A program made the position numbers and the translations under genes. Shown piece after piece: positions 36,456 through 47,174 of a stretch of DNA of 64,000 nt. The DNA lies in the NCBI GenBank assembly GCA_965203325.1, contig OZ241875.1:1696001-1760000 (forward strand). Reading direction: 5' to 3'. The DNA comes from a bacterium (GTDB lineage Bacteria; UBA8248). How positions within the stretch are numbered: the first letter of the stretch is position 1; every line of letters begins with the position of its first letter. The notes beneath the pieces are model-generated. The model searched no databases. It was not told where the DNA came from and worked only from the letters and a program-made list of their open reading frames with translations.

Positions 36456-37988
36456 ATGCTTGCCAAAACCGAAGCAGCAGCCGTACTGGGCGTAGACGCC
36501 TACCCCGTCGAAGTGGAGGTCGACCTCGCGCCGGGTCTCCCCTATTACGCCACCGTCGGCCTGCCCGACGCCGCCGTCAAGGAGAGCAAGGACAGGATTC
36601 GTGCAGCCATCCTCAACACGGGCTTCATCTACCCAATGGGGCGCATCACCGTCAGCCTCTCACCGGCGGACGTCCGTAAGGAGGGCAGCGCCTTCGACTT
36701 GCCCATTGCGCTCTCGATGCTGCGCGCGAACGGCGTATTTCACTCACGCTCTCAAATGGAGGATTCTCTCCTGTTTCTGGGTGAACTGGCGCTGGATGGT
36801 TCTTTGCGGCCCATCCGGGGAGCGCTCAACATCGCCGTTCTCGCCAAGAAGATGGGCAAGCGCGGCCTCGTACTCCCGGCGGAAAACGCGCCCGAGGCCG
36901 CCGTGGTCGATAAGCTCGAGGTCTATCCCGTACACACGCTCCCTCAGGTGGTGGGTTTCATCCGGGAGGAAATCGACATCCACCCGGCATGTTGCGAGAA
37001 GAACGGCATAGAGAAAAAAGAGGTCGAAAGAATCGATTTCTCGGACATCCGGGGACAACACCAGGCCAAACGCGCCGTGGAGGTTGCGGCAGCGGGATCG
37101 CACAACCTGCTGATGATAGGCCCGCCCGGCAGCGGAAAAAGCATGCTGGCGAAAAGATTCCCCACCATCCTGTCCCCACTGTCTCTGGACGAAGCCATCG
37201 AGACGAGTCAGGTTTGGAGCGTGCTCGGCAAGCTCACGAAACATGATTCGCTGATTGAGGAAAGGCCTTTCCGTGCTCCGCACCACACCATCAGCGACGC
37301 AGGCCTGGTGGGTGGAGGCGCGTTGCCGCTGCCCGGAGAGGCCTCGCTCGCGCACAACGGCGTGCTGTTCCTCGATGAACTACCCGAGTTTCGGAAAAAC
37401 GTGCTCGAAACCCTGCGCGGCCCGCTCGAGGACGGGAAGATCACCATCAGCAGAGCGCAGGCGAGCCTCTCGTTCCCGGCTCGGTTCATGCTCACCGCCG
37501 CGATGAACCCGTGCGTGTGCGGCCTCCAGTCGGACGGCGCATGCACCTGCACGCCCAAGCAGGTGGCCCGGTACCGCTCGCGCATCTCGGGGCCGATTCT
37601 CGATCGCATCGACATCCACATCAATGTACCGAGAGTGCCATGGAAAGAACTCGCCGAAGACCCCGAGGGTGAGAGTTCCGCGACGATCAGAGGCCGTGTT
37701 CTCGCGTCGCAGAAAATCCAGAAAGAGCGCTTCCAGGACCACCCGGGCGTATACGCCAACGCCCACATGGGCCCTGCCCTCATCAACGAGCACTGCAAGC
37801 TCGAAGCCGAGGGCAGGCGCCTGCTCAAGCTGGCGGTGGAGAAACTGGGACTATCGGCGCGCGCTTACCATCGCGTGCTGAAAGTGGCGCGGACCATCAG
37901 CGATCTGGCCGGGGAAAAAGACATCTCTCCCCAGCATGTGGCGGAGGCGGTTCAGTACCGCCAACTGGACAGACAGATGCCCGTCTGA
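36456..37988 (+). CDS. comM: ComM/YifB family AAA+ ATPase (Mg-chelatase-like)
   Basis: VGLPDAAVKES, KEGSAFDLPIA, GPPGSGKS, PFRAPHH, LAHNGVLFLDE and SGPILDRID motifs. Confidence 0.93.
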   Translation: MLAKTEAAAVLGVDAYPVEVEVDLAPGLPYYATVGLPDAAVKESKDRIRAAILNTGFIYPMGRITVSLSPADVRKEGSAFDLPIALSMLRANGVFHSRSQMEDSLLFLGELALDGSLRPIRGALNIAVLAKKMGKRGLVLPAENAPEAAVVDKLEVYPVHTLPQVVGFIREEIDIHPACCEKNGIEKKEVERIDFSDIRGQHQAKRAVEVAAAGSHNLLMIGPPGSGKSMLAKRFPTILSPLSLDEAIETSQVWSVLGKLTKHDSLIEERPFRAPHHTISDAGLVGGGALPLPGEASLAHNGVLFLDELPEFRKNVLETLRGPLEDGKITISRAQASLSFPARFMLTAAMNPCVCGLQSDGACTCTPKQVARYRSRISGPILDRIDIHINVPRVPWKELAEDPEGESSATIRGRVLASQKIQKERFQDHPGVYANAHMGPALINEHCKLEAEGRRLLKLAVEKLGLSARAYHRVLKVARTISDLAGEKDISPQHVAEAVQYRQLDRQMPV

Positions 37989-38118
37989 ACCTCGCGGCTT
38001 CTGTGTTGAGATCGACAGGCATCCACCTTGTTTGCATTTTCAAAAACAGGCGCAGCCGATACATGCTCCTCCATTTTGGGCTATACTGGGTGCATCTCTC
38101 ACCACAGAGGTTTTCGAT

Positions 38119-39234
38119 ATGGGGACAGAATACGCCTGGTTTCTCCCATCGGCCAGAGCGGGTGACGGCCACAAAATCAACACCAAGGTGCCTGAGCGTA
38201 AACCCACCATCGAATACCTCTCCCAAGTGGCGAGCGCCGCCGAGCGGGCCGGTTTCGTGAACCTTCTGGTACCCACAGGCACCCACTGCCTGGACGCCTG
38301 GCTCGTGGCCGCGGGCGTAGCGCAGCATACCGAAAGAATCAAATTTTGCGTGGCGTTCCGACCGGGTCTCACCAGCCCCGTATTCGCCGCCCAGACGGCG
38401 AGTACGCTCGATACGCTCACCGGCGGTCGCCTGACGCTCAACGTCGTCACCGGCTCGAGCCATGTGGAGCAGATGCGCTACGGCGACCATCTCGAACACG
38501 ATGAACGCTACGACAGGACAAATGAGTTTCTGGAAATCGTCACTCGCATCTGGAGCGCCGACGCTCCCATCACCTACAAGGGGAAGTATTTCGACATACG
38601 AGAAGCAGCCTTTTTCCCGATCCACGTCTCAAAACCCTGGCCGCCCATCTATCTCGGCGGAAGCTCGGAGCCCGGCCGCCGGGTGGGGGCGAAATTCTCC
38701 GACGTGCACATGATGTACGCCGTCGATGTGGAGACCATCGCCAAGGACGCGCTCGACATGAAGCGGCGCGCAGCGGAGGTCGGCCGCGAAGATCAGATAA
38801 AATTCGGCGTCCGGATGCACATCCTCTGCCGGGAGACCAAGGCGGAGGCGAAAAAAGCCGCACAAGCGCTCATCGAGGGGAGCGACATCTCGAACGTGCA
38901 GGTCTGGGCCGACTTGAAGACCAAATCAGAGAGCATAGGCCAGACGCGCGTGAACGAACTGGCGAAAGGCGAATCGCTCTGGATCACCGACACCTTGTGG
39001 ATGGGCGTGAACACGGTTCGCGCGGGCCCGGGCGCCTGCCTAGTGGGCACGCCGGACATAATCGCCAAGGCGCTCAAGGAATACGTGGACGTGGGCGTTC
39101 ACACGTTCATCCTCTCAGGTTGGCCGCACGTCGAGGAGGTGGAGATATTCGGACACGAAATAATGCCCCTGCTCGAGGATACGGAGCCCATCACCCTGGA
39201 GCCTCCCATGCCCGCCCTCGCCGAATACGATTGA
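38119..39234 (+). CDS. LLM-class flavin-dependent monooxygenase (SsuD-like), copy 1
   Basis: LVPTGTHC, GGRLTLNVVTG, IYLGGSS, LVGTP and FILSGWPH motifs. Confidence 0.88.
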   Translation: MGTEYAWFLPSARAGDGHKINTKVPERKPTIEYLSQVASAAERAGFVNLLVPTGTHCLDAWLVAAGVAQHTERIKFCVAFRPGLTSPVFAAQTASTLDTLTGGRLTLNVVTGSSHVEQMRYGDHLEHDERYDRTNEFLEIVTRIWSADAPITYKGKYFDIREAAFFPIHVSKPWPPIYLGGSSEPGRRVGAKFSDVHMMYAVDVETIAKDALDMKRRAAEVGREDQIKFGVRMHILCRETKAEAKKAAQALIEGSDISNVQVWADLKTKSESIGQTRVNELAKGESLWITDTLWMGVNTVRAGPGACLVGTPDIIAKALKEYVDVGVHTFILSGWPHVEEVEIFGHEIMPLLEDTEPITLEPPMPALAEYD

Positions 39235-39280
39235 CAATAAAACGCAACGGAAAGGCCGACGCCGGTCTTCTCGCCCTCAT

Positions 39281-39415
39281 TCGGCGCACGCCTATCGTCG
39301 CGTGCTGAAAGTAGCGCGGACCATCAGCGATCTGGCCAGGGAAAAAGACATCTCTCCCCGACACGTGGCGGAGGCGGTTCAGTACCGCCAACTCGACAGA
39401 CAGATGCCCGTCTAA
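39281..39415 (+). pseudogene. Duplicated 3' tail of comM (45 codons, no start)
   Basis: Diverged copy of 37854-37988: SAHAYRRVLKVARTISDLAREKDISPRHVAEAVQYRQLDRQMPV*. Confidence 0.85.
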
Positions 39416-39545
39416 CTTTCGCGGCCCCGGCCTTGAGATTGACGCGCTTCCGCCTTGTTTGTATTTTCAGAATCGGGCGAAGTGAATACACGCGCATTCA
39501 TTTCGCGCTATACTGATCGCATCTTTCACCTCAGAGGTTTTGCAC

Positions 39546-40661
39546 ATGGGTACGGAATACGCCTGGTTTCTCCCGTCGGCCAGGGCGGGTGACGGCCACA
39601 AAATCAACACAAGGGTGCCTGAGCGAAAACCCACCATCGAGTACCTCTCGCGCGTAGCGAGCGCCGCCGAGCAGGCCGGTTTCGTGAACCTTCTGGTGCC
39701 CACAGGCACCCACTGCATGGACGCCTGGCTCGTGGCAGCGGGCGTGGCCCAGCACACGGAAAAAATCAAATTCTGCGTGGCGTTTCGCCCCGGTCTCACC
39801 AGCCCCGTATTCGCCGCCCAGACGGCGAGCACGCTCGACGCGCTCACCGGCGGGCGACTGACGCTCAACGTCGTCACCGGTTCGAGCCACGTGGAACAGA
39901 TGCGCTACGGCGACCACCTCGTGCACGATGAGCGCTACGACAGGACAAATGAGTTTCTCGAAATCGTCACCCGCATCTGGAGCGCCGACGCTCCCATGAC
40001 CTACAAGGGGAAGTATTTCGACATACGAGAAGCCGCCTTTTTCCCGATCCACGTCTCAAAACCCTGGCCGCCCATCTATCTCGGCGGAAGCTCGGAGCCC
40101 GGCCGCCGCGTGGGGGCGAAATTTTCCGACGTGCACATGATGTACGCTGTTGACGTCGATACCATCGCCGAGGACGTGCGCGACATGAGGTGCCGAGCCG
40201 CGGAGTTCGACCGCGAGGACAAGATTCAATTCGGCGTGCGGATGCACATCCTCTGCCGGGAGACCAGGGCGGAGGCAAAAAAAGCTGCGCAAGAGCTCAT
40301 CGAGGGGAGCGACATCTCGAACGTACAGGCCTGGGCCGACATGAAGACCAAAACGGAGAGCACCGGTCAGACGCGCGTCAACGAACTGGCGAAGGGTGAG
40401 TCGCTCTGGATCACCGACACCTTGTGGATGGGCGTGAACACGGTTCGCGCGGGCGCGGGTGCTTCCCTGGTGGGCACGCCCGACATGATTGCCAAGGCAC
40501 TCAAGGAATACGTGGATGTGGGCGTCCACACGTTCATCCTCTCTGGTTGGCCGCATGTCGAAGAAGTGGAGATATTCGGACGCGAGATCATGCCGCTGCT
40601 AGAGGACACGGAGCCCATCACCCTGGAGCAGCCTTTGCCCGCACTCGCGGAATACGACTGA
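39546..40661 (+). CDS. LLM-class flavin-dependent monooxygenase (SsuD-like), copy 2
   Basis: Close paralog of 38119-39234 at an offset of 1427 bp. Confidence 0.88.
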   Translation: MGTEYAWFLPSARAGDGHKINTRVPERKPTIEYLSRVASAAEQAGFVNLLVPTGTHCMDAWLVAAGVAQHTEKIKFCVAFRPGLTSPVFAAQTASTLDALTGGRLTLNVVTGSSHVEQMRYGDHLVHDERYDRTNEFLEIVTRIWSADAPMTYKGKYFDIREAAFFPIHVSKPWPPIYLGGSSEPGRRVGAKFSDVHMMYAVDVDTIAEDVRDMRCRAAEFDREDKIQFGVRMHILCRETRAEAKKAAQELIEGSDISNVQAWADMKTKTESTGQTRVNELAKGESLWITDTLWMGVNTVRAGAGASLVGTPDMIAKALKEYVDVGVHTFILSGWPHVEEVEIFGREIMPLLEDTEPITLEQPLPALAEYD

Positions 40662-40704
40662 AGAGAGAAAAAATCGCCATAGCAACAGAAAGAGGAAACC
40701 TTTG

Positions 40705-41883
40705 ATGAACAGTTCTGCCGGCGCGCTTGGCGCTGAATCAAAAAAATGGGTCGACCTCGCCGAATCGCTGGCGCAGGAAAAATTCGCCCCGCGCGCGAAG
40801 ACGATCGACGAGGAATCGCGCTTTCCGGTCGAAAACTATCAGGACCTCGCCGACGCCGGCCTTCTCTCTCTCATGGTGCCCAAGGAATTCGGCGGCATCG
40901 GAGCGGATTCTCTCACCTACGTCACGGTGCTCTCCAAAATTGCGAAAGGCTGCGCCTCCACGGGACTTACCTTCAACATGCACAGCGCCGTCGTGGATTT
41001 TCTGGGGCAAATCGCCTCCAAGGAACAGATGGAACGCTATTTCTCCGAAGTGGTAAGCGAAGGCGCCATCTTCGCCTCCATTACGAGCGAGCCGGGCAGT
41101 TCTTTCCGCGACAAGCTGGCGGTGCGCACCTCCATCCGCGAGGACAACGGCGTATATCGCCTTCATGGCAAGAAACATTTCTGTTCTCTCTCCACCGGGG
41201 CGACGTATTACTTCACCTGGAGTTACCTCGACGGTGCGGAAACCCTGCAGGAGGGTCTTCTGAACGTGATGATTCCCTCTGCAAGAGAAAACATCGAAAT
41301 CCTGGATGACTGGCACACCATCGGCATGCGGGGAACCGCGTCGAATTCCCTGATGTTTCACGACGTAGCCGTGAAGCCAAATGAGATCATCGGGGAGCCA
41401 GGCAGTATTCTGGGCAAGGACATGAGCATGTGGTCTTTGGGATACACCGCCGTCTACATCGGCATAGCCGAAGCGGCCTATCAGTTCACGGTGGATTACG
41501 TGAAAAAGACGAAATCGGGCATGGGGGTCCCTCTAGGCGAACTGGACCGCACACAGCGCCAGATTGGCGAGATGGCCATGCTGCTCGAGAACGCGCGCCG
41601 CGCCGCCGAGAAACTGGGTGCGCTCAGAGGAAACCTCGGCAAGATGGAACTGACCTTCATCCTCAATCAGGCGAAATTCCTGGCGACCGAAGCCGCCAAG
41701 GAACTCGCCGAGCAGGGAATCCGCCTTTGCGGCGGACGCGGGCTTCACCGCTCTTTGCCGCTCGAGCGTCACTTGAGAGACGCGGTGGCCGGCATCGTCA
41801 TGCCGCCCGCCAACGACCGCTGCCTCGAAACCATCGGGCAAATCGCCCTGGGCCGCGAAGCGAAAACGCTCGATTTTCAATAG
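40705..41883 (+). CDS. Acyl-CoA dehydrogenase-fold flavoprotein (SfnB/DszC-like monooxygenase possible)
   Basis: GCASTGLTFNMH, GKKHFCS, WHTIGMRGTAS and LERHLRDA motifs. Confidence 0.82.
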   Translation: MNSSAGALGAESKKWVDLAESLAQEKFAPRAKTIDEESRFPVENYQDLADAGLLSLMVPKEFGGIGADSLTYVTVLSKIAKGCASTGLTFNMHSAVVDFLGQIASKEQMERYFSEVVSEGAIFASITSEPGSSFRDKLAVRTSIREDNGVYRLHGKKHFCSLSTGATYYFTWSYLDGAETLQEGLLNVMIPSARENIEILDDWHTIGMRGTASNSLMFHDVAVKPNEIIGEPGSILGKDMSMWSLGYTAVYIGIAEAAYQFTVDYVKKTKSGMGVPLGELDRTQRQIGEMAMLLENARRAAEKLGALRGNLGKMELTFILNQAKFLATEAAKELAEQGIRLCGGRGLHRSLPLERHLRDAVAGIVMPPANDRCLETIGQIALGREAKTLDFQ

Positions 41884-41975
41884 CACATCCCCCACGAGTT
41901 CTCTTGAACTCCTCGCTCAATGGTGGAGGTTCAACTACCCCTTTCACGCGCGCATCCACAGAGCCTTCTGTTCTC

Positions 41976-43532
41976 TTATTCCCTTGTTACCGCGCACCCC
42001 GCGCGACGAGGGTCACCAAAGGCAGTGACAAGGCCGTCATCTTCCACATACACAGCATGCACGCCACCGAAGAAGTGATGGGGGTACGCATAGGGCGAAA
42101 CTTCAAGACCGCTCTGCCGCAATGATTCTAAAACCGCCTCGTCCACAGCATCCTCAGCGTGCATGGGTCCGGTATCCAGATGCATGCGGGGGGCTTCCAC
42201 CGCTTCTTGCAGAGTCATCTTCCGGTAAAACAGATTGAGGATAACCTGGGCCACCGCCGTGGGGATGCGGTAGGAGCCGGGACTGCCGCCGCCTAAACGC
42301 AATTTCTCCCCCTCGAAGACGAGGGTGGGGGCGTAACCCGCCATGGGCCGCTTGCCCGCGCCCAAAGAATTTCCGCGCTTCGGGCGGGGGTCCATCCAGT
42401 TCGTGTGGTTGTTCAGAATGACACCCGTGCCCAGCGGCACGACGCCCGAACCCCATCCCATACCCAGGGTCTGCGTCTGGCAGACCACGTTGCCCTGCGG
42501 GTCCATAATCGTGAAATGGGTGGTGGAACCCGGCTCCATGTCGTGAACGTGAATGCCGGGGGCTCGCTTCTCGGCTATCGCGGCGGCGGCATACTCCTTG
42601 CTCGAGAGACGCTCCAAAGGCATGTCGTAATGAAAGGGATCGCCATAGACCGAGAACCTGTCTCGAAACGCCGCACCCATGGCGCGAGCGAACGCCAGAC
42701 CGCGCGCAGTCTCATCCGCTGCATCCCATTCGGGCAGGAGAACTTCTAAAAAATTCAATATCTGAATCAGGATGAGCCCGGAAGAAGGAGGCGGCGCGGT
42801 GAGGAAACGCAGGTCCCGGTAACGCGAGGCGAGCGGCGCCATCCACCGCACGCGGTAGTTTAAGAGATCAGACGCCCTCAGATAACCACCGCCGCTATTC
42901 ACCTCATCCACGATGGCCTTTGCAAGCACGCCCCCGTAAAAGGCGTCTGCGCCTTTTTCTGCTAGTTCGCGAAGCGTTCCCGCCAAATCCGACTGGCGCA
43001 GGAGCGCGCCTTCGGCAAGCGGTTCACCGGATGCCGAGTGAGTTCTCCCGAGTTCGGGATATACCGCACAAAGCTCCTTAAAGCGCGACTCCTCCTGCTG
43101 GTGGCGGTAGAACCAGCCGACCTCAAAACCCTCATCTGCGAAGTGGACGGCACTCTCGAACAAATCGCTCCAGGGCCGCCGCCCGTATTCGTGGTGAATC
43201 GCCTCCAGCCCACGCAGCAGACCCGGAACCAGGATGGAACGATGGCCCCGACTGTGCGCATCATCTTTGTGCCGTCCGGATTCATCGCACTCGAAAATGC
43301 CGGGCTCCATTCCGAGGGGGCACTCGTTGCTGAAATCGACGAACCCGGCTCTTTTCTCGTCCTCGCGCCAGATGAGCGCCACGCCTCCGCCGCCCAGCCC
43401 GGAATAGAAAGGCTCCGCCACACCCAGGGCCAGGGAAACGGCCACCACCGCATCGCAGGCGTCTCCCCCTTCTTCCATGACGCGCAAACCCGCTTCCACC
43501 ACTTTTTCATGGGCCGCCGCTACGGCGAACAT
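41976..43532 (-). CDS. ggt: Gamma-glutamyltransferase family protein
   Basis: EPFYSGLGGGG, TTHFTIMDPQGN (nucleophile Thr), GVILNN and GSPG motifs. Confidence 0.88.
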   Translation of the reverse strand: MFAVAAAHEKVVEAGLRVMEEGGDACDAVVAVSLALGVAEPFYSGLGGGGVALIWREDEKRAGFVDFSNECPLGMEPGIFECDESGRHKDDAHSRGHRSILVPGLLRGLEAIHHEYGRRPWSDLFESAVHFADEGFEVGWFYRHQQEESRFKELCAVYPELGRTHSASGEPLAEGALLRQSDLAGTLRELAEKGADAFYGGVLAKAIVDEVNSGGGYLRASDLLNYRVRWMAPLASRYRDLRFLTAPPPSSGLILIQILNFLEVLLPEWDAADETARGLAFARAMGAAFRDRFSVYGDPFHYDMPLERLSSKEYAAAAIAEKRAPGIHVHDMEPGSTTHFTIMDPQGNVVCQTQTLGMGWGSGVVPLGTGVILNNHTNWMDPRPKRGNSLGAGKRPMAGYAPTLVFEGEKLRLGGGSPGSYRIPTAVAQVILNLFYRKMTLQEAVEAPRMHLDTGPMHAEDAVDEAVLESLRQSGLEVSPYAYPHHFFGGVHAVYVEDDGLVTAFGDPRRAGCAVTRE

Positions 43533-43747
43533 GTAGACTCCTCCCCGGTTTCTTTGATCACAACTCATGAGGATTATAAGCACACCGGGGCTCCAGGACG
43601 CACGCGCAAACGCGGGTTCATCTCATCATGTCATTTTTGGCCGTCTGCAATGACAAAACCGCTTTATTTGCTGTAACTTAAGCAGGTTATCTTCAAATAT
43701 CGCGCTTCTCGACAAATCGGCGCACTCGCTCAACCACGGATTCTGCG

Positions 43748-45094
43748 ATGACGGACAAACCGCCAGATGGGGAAAATCCCTCCTTCACCGGACCCGCCGA
43801 GGAGGAGAAAAACCCGCCGTCCGCTAACAAGCAGCGCCCCCGGCAAAAGCGCTTCACCCTCTCATTCGTCAGAAAGTTCCTCCTTTTCCTGGCCCTCGGC
43901 GTGGGCCTGTTCTTCGCCACCGAAGCGGGATATTTCTGGTGGCAAAACTGGGAGCGATTCGTCTCGACGGACAACGCTTACGTCCGGAGCACGCTGACAC
44001 CTGTGAGCACCGAAATCGCGGGCGTGGTGAAAAAACTCCTGGTCAAGGACAATCAGGCGGTCCGGAAAGGGGACCTCCTCGTCGTCCTCGACAAGCGGCG
44101 GCATGAGGTGGCCCTCCAAAAAACAAAGGCCGCCGTGGCCGTTGCCCGCGCGAAGTATGAGGCGAGCAAAGAGTCCGTCACCCACTCCATGGGCCGAGCC
44201 AGCGGCCTTCAGCAGGAAGCCCGTGCGCGTCTCGAGACTCTGCGGCGCACTCTCCGCTCAGCCCGCGCTCTGCTCGTTCAAAGGAAAAACGAAACACGCG
44301 CCCGTGCGGCCACGATGAAACAGGCGCGCGAGGATTTGAACAGAAAACGGCGCCTGCATGGCCAGAAGATCATCTCGGATGAGAATTTAGCGCTCGCGCG
44401 CGCATCCCATGATGTCGCCAGGGCAAACTACGACGCTTCGCGGGCCGCACTCAACGTGGAGGAGAATAAAGTTGCGGCCATCGTCAACCAGATGGAAGAG
44501 GCGCAAGCCGCCGTGGCGCTGGCAGAAAACGAGGATCGCTCCCGGCGCGTGAAGAGCCATGACGCCGAATCCCTGAAGGCCGAACTCGAAGAAGCCTTGG
44601 CAGCGCACAAGGAAAAGGAACTTCTCCTCTCCTACACCGAGATTCGCGCGCCCGTATCCGGCTACGTGGAAAAATCCGTAGACCCGGGAACCTACGTGCA
44701 ACCCGGGCGTCCCTTGCTCCTCATCGTTCAGCTTGAGAAAGCGTATATCCGGGCGAATTTCAAGGAAATCAAACTCGAAGGCATCCATGTTGGCCAGCCA
44801 GCGGAAATCGTTCTCGACGCCTACCCGAACCGAACATTCAAGGGTCACGTCGCGAGCCTGTATTCGGGTACGGGTGAGACATTCTCCCTCCTGCCGCCCG
44901 AGAACGCCACCGGCAACTGGGTGAAAGTCACACGCCGTATTCCCGTGAAGATCCTGCTGGACGAAAAACCCCAAAAAAAATTCCCCTTCCTGGTCGGTAT
45001 GTCCGCCTATGTGACCGTGGACACCAAGATTCGGCGCGGTCCCCGCCTGTTGGCGTATCCCGTGAACAAAAAACCGCATAACCAAAAACCTTGA
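43748..45094 (+). CDS. HlyD/EmrA-type membrane fusion protein
   Basis: STDNAYV, ANFKE and FSLLPPENATGNWVKV motifs. Confidence 0.92.
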   Translation: MTDKPPDGENPSFTGPAEEEKNPPSANKQRPRQKRFTLSFVRKFLLFLALGVGLFFATEAGYFWWQNWERFVSTDNAYVRSTLTPVSTEIAGVVKKLLVKDNQAVRKGDLLVVLDKRRHEVALQKTKAAVAVARAKYEASKESVTHSMGRASGLQQEARARLETLRRTLRSARALLVQRKNETRARAATMKQAREDLNRKRRLHGQKIISDENLALARASHDVARANYDASRAALNVEENKVAAIVNQMEEAQAAVALAENEDRSRRVKSHDAESLKAELEEALAAHKEKELLLSYTEIRAPVSGYVEKSVDPGTYVQPGRPLLLIVQLEKAYIRANFKEIKLEGIHVGQPAEIVLDAYPNRTFKGHVASLYSGTGETFSLLPPENATGNWVKVTRRIPVKILLDEKPQKKFPFLVGMSAYVTVDTKIRRGPRLLAYPVNKKPHNQKP

Positions 45095-46677
45095 ACGAAG
45101 AAACGACATCATCCGCTCCCGGAAGCGGAGGGGAAGCCGCCTCGCACACAAGTTACCCCTCTCCCTTCAACCGCGCGATGATTACGCTCGCGGTCGTCTC
45201 GGCCGCGTTCATCTCCATCATGGACGCCAGCATCGTTAACGTGGTGATGCCGCATATGCGCGGTTCGTTCAACGTCGACTTGTCCACCATCACTTGGGTG
45301 GCGACCATCTACACAATCGCCCAGATCATCACGATCACGATGTCGGCCTGGTGGAGCACCCTGCTGGGACGAAAACGCTATTTTCTCATCTCCTTCGTCT
45401 TGTTCACCCTTGCGTCGATTCTCGTCGGCACCTCGCAAACCTTTACCCAGATGCTCGTCTATCGCATCCTGCAGGGACTCGGCGGCGGCGGGCTCATCCC
45501 TGTAGCGCAGGCGATATTGCGCGAAACCTATCCGGCCAACAGACAAGGCTGGGCCATGGCCATGTTCGCGGCGGGCGTGGTTCTTGCGCCCGCGATGGGT
45601 CCGGTGGTGGGCGGGTGGATCACGGAAACACTGAGCTGGCCCTGGGTTTTCTACATCAACGTGCCCGTCGCCGCCGTCGGACTCACTCTCGTTTCCATCT
45701 ATGTCTACGACCCGCCCCACATGAAGCGCGGAATCAAAAAGGTGGACTGGATGGGCATCATCCTCATCGGAGTCGGCCTCACCGCGCTCCAGGTCGTCCT
45801 GGAGCGCGGGCAGGATGAAGACTGGTTCGATTCGAACCTCATCATCGTGATGACGATACTCACCGTCATCACCCTGACGGCACTGGTCTTATGGGAACTC
45901 AGGACGGAGGAACCCATCGTCGATTTCAGGGTTCTCATGAACCTGAACCTGAGCGCCTCGTGCTTCGTGGTGCTGATCTTCGGAATCGTGATGTTCGGAA
46001 CCACCTTCATCCTGCCGCAATTTCTGCAAAACCTGCTCGATCACGGCCCGTATGAAACCGGCCTCGTCATGCTGCCAAGGGGCATCGCCCTGTTCTGCAT
46101 GATGCCCATCGTAGGTCACCTGTACAATCATGTGGATTACAGGATATTGATGTGTGGCGGCGTCGCGCTGGCCATGACGTCCCTGATTCTGATGTCGGGC
46201 CTCTCGTTGCAGACAGACTATTGGGACATGGTGTCGCGCCTCGTCATCCTGGGGTTTGGCATGCCCTTCGTCTTCGTCACCCTGACGACCGTCGCCTTCA
46301 GCACCACGCCCGTGGCCGACATCAACTCCGCCACGAGCCTCTACAACCTGGCGCGCCGCCTGGGCGGCAACCTGGGGTTCGCCGTCATGGCGATACTGCT
46401 CGAACGCCGCACCGCACTTCACCGCGTGAACATGGTGGGAAACATCACCGAATCGAACGCCACGTTCCTCTCATATAAAGAAACGCTATCGGAAATGCTC
46501 GTCCGCAAGCAAATCGACCCACACACCGCGCAAACCAAGGCGATGGGCCTCATCGAGCAGACCATCGACAAACAAGCCACCATGCTCGCCTACAACGACA
46601 TCTATTGGATCATGGGATGGAGCTTCATTTTCGTCATCCCGTTCATTCTGGTGCTGAAAGCCAACAAGCAGGCGTGA
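45091..46677 (+). CDS. DHA2/EmrB-type MFS efflux permease
   Basis: D.SIVNV, RILQGLGGG, GPVVGGWI and WVFYINVP motifs; many TM helices. Confidence 0.92.
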   Translation: MNEETTSSAPGSGGEAASHTSYPSPFNRAMITLAVVSAAFISIMDASIVNVVMPHMRGSFNVDLSTITWVATIYTIAQIITITMSAWWSTLLGRKRYFLISFVLFTLASILVGTSQTFTQMLVYRILQGLGGGGLIPVAQAILRETYPANRQGWAMAMFAAGVVLAPAMGPVVGGWITETLSWPWVFYINVPVAAVGLTLVSIYVYDPPHMKRGIKKVDWMGIILIGVGLTALQVVLERGQDEDWFDSNLIIVMTILTVITLTALVLWELRTEEPIVDFRVLMNLNLSASCFVVLIFGIVMFGTTFILPQFLQNLLDHGPYETGLVMLPRGIALFCMMPIVGHLYNHVDYRILMCGGVALAMTSLILMSGLSLQTDYWDMVSRLVILGFGMPFVFVTLTTVAFSTTPVADINSATSLYNLARRLGGNLGFAVMAILLERRTALHRVNMVGNITESNATFLSYKETLSEMLVRKQIDPHTAQTKAMGLIEQTIDKQATMLAYNDIYWIMGWSFIFVIPFILVLKANKQA

Positions 46678-46753
46678 AGTGCGGACGAAGCGGTGACCGA
46701 CCACACAGAGAAAACAAAGGGAATACTCCGGACCAATAACGGAAAAAGGAGGG

Positions 46754-46852
46754 TTATTTCTTGGGGTAAATACCAAAGGGATCCTTGAGCAGCACCTTCC
46801 AGACGAAAATGAGTACGACTACAGCCAATATGATGATCGAAAGGGTTTTCAT
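46754..46852 (-). CDS. 32-aa single-TM small protein
   Basis: MKTLSIIILAVVVLIFVWKVLLKDPFGIYPKK*, preceded by AGGAGA; just downstream of tRNA-Lys. Confidence 0.5.
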   Translation of the reverse strand: MKTLSIIILAVVVLIFVWKVLLKDPFGIYPKK

Positions 46853-46884
46853 ACGGAACCGACTCTCCTATGGATGCGTAAGAC

Positions 46885-46961
46885 TGGTGGGTCGCCGGGG
46901 AATCGAACCCCGAACCCACGGATTAAGAGTCCGTTGCTCTGCCTAGTTGAGCTAGCGACCC
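46885..46961 (-). tRNA. tRNA-Lys(CTT)
   Basis: Cloverleaf with ACGGA-CTCTTAA-TCCGT anticodon arm, GGTTCGA T-loop and CCA end. Confidence 0.95.
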
Positions 46962-47174
46962 GATATTCGAATCATCGCCGATCGGCGACCGACTAACCCG
47001 AAGTTAGCACAGCGAGTCCTCATAACAAAACCGGGAAGACTCATCAACGCCTGAGCGCTCCAGAAGCGAACTCCGCGTCGCCCCTCCGGATGGATATCCT
47101 CTCAAGAGTCATGAAAGCTGCATATTCGAGATTTCCGCGTGTCCGGCTGTTCCCGAGCCCTTTTGGGATGCAGT

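Noticed and set aside
37854..39415. Integrative element inserted in comM with att repeats
   Set aside because: comM is intact, there is no integrase, and the duplicated unit includes the whole following gene, so it is a tandem duplication.
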